Shown here: one piece after another, positions 26,844-30,476 of the stretch
How the letters are laid out: the number at the start of each line of letters is the position of its first letter
Numbering within the stretch: the stretch's first letter is position 1
NCBI GenBank assembly: GCA_965234725.1
Contig: CBDDUX010000078.1
Coordinates: 1 to 30,476 of the forward strand
Direction: 5' to 3'
DNA length: 30,476 bases
From: Thermoplasmatota archaeon
GTDB taxonomy: Archaea > Thermoplasmatota > Penumbrarchaeia > Penumbrarchaeales > Penumbrarchaeaceae
Notes under the pieces: model-generated
Databases searched by the model: none
What the model saw: only the letters and a program-made list of their open reading frames with translations
What the model was told of the DNA's origin: nothing
Position numbers and translations under genes: made by a program

Positions 26844-27842
26844 TCACTTACCCTGTTTAGAAGCTGTACTAATATATGTGATCTCAGGGGATGATATCTT
26901 CACTCCCTTCATTCTGACTGGATCCCTGAACCTTATCAATCTTTTTGTCACACCTGGAATTGAGCCGTGTATGAGCACATAGTTGTTTGTGATATTGCCA
27001 TAATGGATGAATCCGCCTTTTGGGTTGATCTCAGAGGGATCCTTTCCAACCTTGAGTATCCTTTTATTGAACTCTGTTCTCTTGTGATATCCCATCTGAC
27101 CTGAGTTGGGAACAGTAGACATGATCCAGGATGGATTCCATGGCCCCTGAGTTCCTAGCATCCTTCTGTGTTTTGAGTTCTTATGTGTCAATAGCTTGAC
27201 ACCAAACCTCTTGTTCAAACCCTGGAATCCCTTTCCTTTCGTTACGGATATTATGTCCACCATGGCCCCTTCCACCTGGAAATCGTTGAAATCAACGTCC
27301 TTTCCAAGAAGGCCTTTGGCATACTCTATCCTCTCTTTGATTGAGCCTCCACCGATCCTCATCTCCATGATCTCAGGAGATTTCTTTGGTATAGAAGGTA
27401 CTATATAGGGTTTGGAATGCATTATGACCCTTATCTCATCCACATCTTCTTCAACCAGTGAAGAGAGGTCAGGTTTGGAACCTTTTTCTGGGATCGGTAT
27501 CGACCTCAGGAGCTCTTTATCCAAATTCTCAGCCCAGATCTCCTTCTTCGTGTTCATTCCGTAAACACTGTCCTCGTAGAGCCTGATTCCCACTACCTTC
27601 ATGGGTGGGACCTCCACAACTGTTACGGGAACCATTACTTCCTGTCCTGAAGTGGTCGATGTCGGTCTGTAATCCATTATAAAGGCGTGGGTCATACCGG
27701 CCTTGTATCCTGCGAAGCCCTGTATTTTTGGTTCGGAGCTACCATCCTCTGGCCAGTGCTTGACCATAGGGGTCTCCCTTTTAGCCCTCTTCCTCGGTGA
27801 ATGGGCCATTGAACCTCTTCTTGGCTTGTGTGCTTTAGCCAT
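26844..27842 (-). CDS. rpl3: 50S ribosomal protein L3 (uL3)
   Basis: PRRGS...SPRKRA, GFAGYKAGMTH, VTKGKGFQG, GQMGYH.RTE.NKR, NPKGGF.HYG, GSIPG..KRL. GGAGG at 27849-27853. Confidence 0.98.
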   Translation of the reverse strand: MAKAHKPRRGSMAHSPRKRAKRETPMVKHWPEDGSSEPKIQGFAGYKAGMTHAFIMDYRPTSTTSGQEVMVPVTVVEVPPMKVVGIRLYEDSVYGMNTKKEIWAENLDKELLRSIPIPEKGSKPDLSSLVEEDVDEIRVIMHSKPYIVPSIPKKSPEIMEMRIGGGSIKERIEYAKGLLGKDVDFNDFQVEGAMVDIISVTKGKGFQGLNKRFGVKLLTHKNSKHRRMLGTQGPWNPSWIMSTVPNSGQMGYHKRTEFNKRILKVGKDPSEINPKGGFIHYGNITNNYVLIHGSIPGVTKRLIRFRDPVRMKGVKISSPEITYISTASKQGK

Positions 27843-28053
27843 CTCATTCCTCCGATTCCTTCGGTTATTTTCGGAACAAAACCTGTATGCGTGGTTCGCA
27901 CAAGGTCACGCTCCTGCGCCTATCCGACCGTTACGTCGTTCCCGGAGACAACAAATATCCCCCAAGGGGGCAGGTCTCTCCGTTTACAGGGTCCAATGAA
28001 GGTTGCCCTTGACGTTTGGCCGGAGGGCTTCTTTGCGCTTTGGCGTCCGGCCA
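27843..28053 (-). ncRNA. Candidate structured 5' leader of the ribosomal protein operon
   Basis: A ~210-nt non-coding stretch, more GC-rich than its flanks, between a TATA box and the rpl3 start. It carries several nested inverted repeats. No family could be assigned. Confidence 0.5.
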
Positions 28054-28061
28054 TAAAGGAA

Positions 28062-28082
28062 GTAATATTTATAATTACCTGA
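28062..28082 (-). promoter_or_regulatory. Putative TATA promoter of the rpl3 operon
   Basis: Minus strand TTATAAATA at 28066-28074, at the AT-rich to GC-rich transition, flanked by a short GTAAT/ATTAC inverted repeat. Confidence 0.55.
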
Positions 28083-28140
28083 CATCCAAATAGAAACTGA
28101 CACTAATAACAGAACTTTCCTGATCAAGTTATTCTTTTAT

Positions 28141-28362
28141 CTATGGCTCTGGGTTATCGATAGACCCAACCATTTCATTAAGGTCCTTCATCAAGGCATC
28201 AATATCCATTCCATGGGCAGATGCACCCTGTTCAATTGATTCAAAATTTGCCATTGCACAACCAATGCAACCGAGTCCGTGCTGGATAAATACAGGAATG
28301 AGCTCTGGATATTTCTGTATCACATCCGAGATTCCCATATCCTTCGTGATCATTTCCGTCAT
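28141..28362 (-). CDS. DUF1858-like small protein (hybrid-cluster-associated redox disulfide domain, CxxC)
   Basis: ITKDM.I.DV..KYPE...VF...GLGCIGC..A.FESIEQGA.AHG.D.D.L..DLN is characteristic of this family. Start reassigned to ATG 28362 (73 aa), with TTTATA at 28396-28401 upstream. Confidence 0.85.
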   Translation of the reverse strand: MTEMITKDMGISDVIQKYPELIPVFIQHGLGCIGCAMANFESIEQGASAHGMDIDALMKDLNEMVGSIDNPEP

Positions 28363-28420
28363 GGGTTTCACTAAAGTGGCCAAGAAGCTATCGGATATAA
28401 AACTTGACCCCAAATGGTAT

Positions 28421-28437
28421 GATAAAGGTTAATACGG
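28421..28437 (+). promoter_or_regulatory. Putative BRE-TATA promoter for pheT (divergent promoter region)
   Basis: GATAAAGG-TTAATA-CGG about 36 nt before the ATG, and AAGGAG at 28457-28462. Confidence 0.5.
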
Positions 28438-28470
28438 TCCGTACATTCTCGGTTAGAAGGAGATCTGTCC

Positions 28471-30210
28471 ATGCCCGTTATTAACCTGGACACTGAGGAC
28501 CTAGAAAGACTCGTTGGGAAAGGTTTCGACCTTGACAGTTTTAAAGAGAACATTCCAATGATAGGTGCCACAGTAGAGAAGGATGAAAGAGGAGAGGTCT
28601 CAGTGGAATTCTTCCCGGATAGACCGGATCTTTTTTCAGTTGAGGGTGTTGCTAGAGCTTATGGAAAATTTATTGGGTCTAATTCAAAGGATCTCACTTC
28701 GATCTACAGGATCGAGGGGAATTCTGGAATGAAGATAGTGGTTGACCCCGCCCTTGCCGAAATCAGACCTGTCATCGGAGCTGCGGTCCTCAAGGGAGTG
28801 AATATTGATGACAAGGTCTTGATATCCATAATGAACCTCCAAGAGAAACTTCACATCACTGTGGGTAGGAAGAGGAGGAAGGTCGCGATCGGCATTCATG
28901 ATGCAGCTCCACTCAAACCACCGTTCAGGTACTGGGCGGCTGATCCTAGAGAAATTCGATTCGTTCCACTTCAAAAGGAGGAAGATTGGGACCTTGAAAG
29001 GATCCTAAATGAACATGAGAAAGGTGTAGGTTATTCATGGATCCTGAAGGATAAACTGAAATACCCCGTTATCACAGATTCAAAAGGGCAGGTCCTTTCC
29101 TTCCCACCAATAATCAATGGTGAACTAACCAGAGTGACAGAGAGCACAAAGGATATCTTTGTTGATTGTACGGGTTGGGACCTGAATGCTGTCAATCTGG
29201 CAGTAAATATTGTTTGTTCCCAACTTGTGGATAGGGGGGGGAAAATTGAGGATGTATGGATCGAATACCCAGAATCGGGATCTTTCAAGGACCTGGGTTT
29301 GATCCCTGGAAAATGGCCACAATACCAATGGACAGAATCCATTGCAAGCATGGATTGGACAAAAAATTGGTTGGGGAAGGACCTCTCACCGGATGAGATC
29401 ACCAGATCCCTCGATCGTATGGGGTATGGAAACACTGTAGTTGGGGGAGGTGATATCAAGTGCTTGGTTCCTCCATGGAGAGGTGATATACTTCATCAAG
29501 CGGACCTGGTGGAGGATATTGCAATAGGATTCGGTTTTAATTCGTTCGATGGTATTGGTTCTACGCGGTCCACTATCGGATCTGAACGAAGAATGACCAC
29601 CATATCCAGATATATTAGACAAACTCTGATCGGTCATGGATTCCTGGAGGTCAGGACCATATCCCTTTCCAATGAGAATTCCCAATTCACCCTAATGGGG
29701 CGGGATGAGTATGACCATCTCAAACTTCTAAATCCCATCACTATCGACCACACCATGGTAAGGATGTCAACATTCCCATCATTGATGGCCCTTCTCAGGG
29801 CCAATAAGCACCGGGACCTTCCTCAGAGACTTTTCGAAACAGCTGATGTAATGATCGGTAACAGGAACAGGAATGTTCTTGGTGGTTTAAGTGAGGACAA
29901 CAAAGCCTCTTTCACCGAGGTTAAAGGCCATGTCCAAAGGATCTTGCAGGACTTAGGTATCTCCTATATTTTGGAACCAGTGAACCTTGGTTATTACATC
30001 AGGGGTAGATCGGCTGCCATAATGGTAGACCTTCCTGAGGGCGAAAGTAGAAGATCGGGTCTATTTCCTGAGTTAGAAGGGATGAAGCTAATTCCCCTTG
30101 GCCATTTCGGTGAGGTCCATCCAAGGATCATCATTGAGAATGAACTTGCAACTCCGGTCTCCGCCTTCGAAATGGACCTGGACCTCATTCTTGATCTGAC
30201 GGAGATTTGA
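28471..30210 (+). CDS. pheT: Phenylalanine--tRNA ligase beta subunit (archaeal type)
   Basis: E.FPDRPDL.SVEGVAR, LQEKLH...GR.R.KVAIGIHD, VLSFPPIING.LT.V, VPPWR.DILH..DLVEDIAI..G, G.FGEVHP. 579 aa. Confidence 0.97.
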   Translation: MPVINLDTEDLERLVGKGFDLDSFKENIPMIGATVEKDERGEVSVEFFPDRPDLFSVEGVARAYGKFIGSNSKDLTSIYRIEGNSGMKIVVDPALAEIRPVIGAAVLKGVNIDDKVLISIMNLQEKLHITVGRKRRKVAIGIHDAAPLKPPFRYWAADPREIRFVPLQKEEDWDLERILNEHEKGVGYSWILKDKLKYPVITDSKGQVLSFPPIINGELTRVTESTKDIFVDCTGWDLNAVNLAVNIVCSQLVDRGGKIEDVWIEYPESGSFKDLGLIPGKWPQYQWTESIASMDWTKNWLGKDLSPDEITRSLDRMGYGNTVVGGGDIKCLVPPWRGDILHQADLVEDIAIGFGFNSFDGIGSTRSTIGSERRMTTISRYIRQTLIGHGFLEVRTISLSNENSQFTLMGRDEYDHLKLLNPITIDHTMVRMSTFPSLMALLRANKHRDLPQRLFETADVMIGNRNRNVLGGLSEDNKASFTEVKGHVQRILQDLGISYILEPVNLGYYIRGRSAAIMVDLPEGESRRSGLFPELEGMKLIPLGHFGEVHPRIIIENELATPVSAFEMDLDLILDLTEI

Positions 30211-30476
30211 ACACTCAAATACATATTATGATCTTCCCCATATAAAATGACAATTAGTGAGTCGATCAATGGATGATGATTATGACAAAAAGAAATACTG
30301 GAAAAAGAGGACTTGAATAGTCATCGAATAAGGGGATCAATGAATCCCCTGAAAAAATTAACAAGCGTTATCTATATGCATATCAATGGGTTTAAGCAAT
30401 GTTCCTGACCTTTAAGGGTTTCAAAAGAAGCACTCATGACCCTACGGGCCACACATAAGGATGAAAATCGGTTGGT

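Noticed and set aside
223..27408. Numerous 60-200-aa plus-strand ORFs and nested minus-strand ORFs in the ORF track
   Set aside because: They are antisense or alternative-frame shadows of well-supported genes, with no recognisable motifs.
28000..28052. Superficial resemblance to the HDV ribozyme (GGCCGG...CCGGC...GGGCAAC)
   Set aside because: No P3/L3 (CCUCCUCG-like) element or P2 partner in the required positions.
27843..28080. Possible tRNA, SRP RNA or RNase P RNA in the GC-rich spacer
   Set aside because: No cloverleaf with a properly placed T-loop, no SRP helix-8 GNRA motif and no RNase P GAGGAAAGUCC signature.
8973..28143. TAG or TGA recoding (pyrrolysine or selenocysteine)
   Set aside because: All conserved genes end at expected positions on TAA, TAG or TGA with no internal stops, so there is no sign of a non-standard code.
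30269..30316. 15-codon ORF MDDDYDKKKYWKKRT
   Set aside because: Too short, no RBS and no supporting evidence.
30331..30350. Hairpin AGGGGAT-N6-ATCCCCT downstream of pheT
   Set aside because: It is followed by A's on the plus strand and has no U-tract on the minus strand, so it cannot be called a terminator. Function unsupported.

Overview
Archaeal chromosomal window; protein features suggest Thermoplasmatota, which is an inference. The right two-thirds hold a complete minus-strand S10/spc-type ribosomal protein operon: rpl3-rpl4-rpl23-rpl2-rps19-rpl22-rps3-rpl29-sui1-rnp1-rps17-rpl14-rpl24-rps4e-rpl5-rps14-rps8-rpl6-rpl32e-rpl19e-rpl18-rps5-rpl30-rpl15-secY. It is preceded by a ~200-nt structured non-coding leader, a small DUF1858-like gene and a divergent pheT. 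Downstream of secY, where adk usually lies, are four co-oriented genes for membrane-anchored surface proteins with asnS among them. These are a small single-pass protein, a beta-helix/Ig-repeat protein, a cadherin-like/PKD/TSP3-like protein with a long proline-rich tail, and a 1200-aa DxDxDG-repeat protein. A hairpin-plus-U terminator closes the block. No rRNA, tRNA, CRISPR array or mobile element was recognised. The best leads are the candidate ribosomal leader RNA upstream of rpl3 and the secY-linked cluster of receptor-like calcium-binding surface proteins. All domain calls are by eye; no searches were run.
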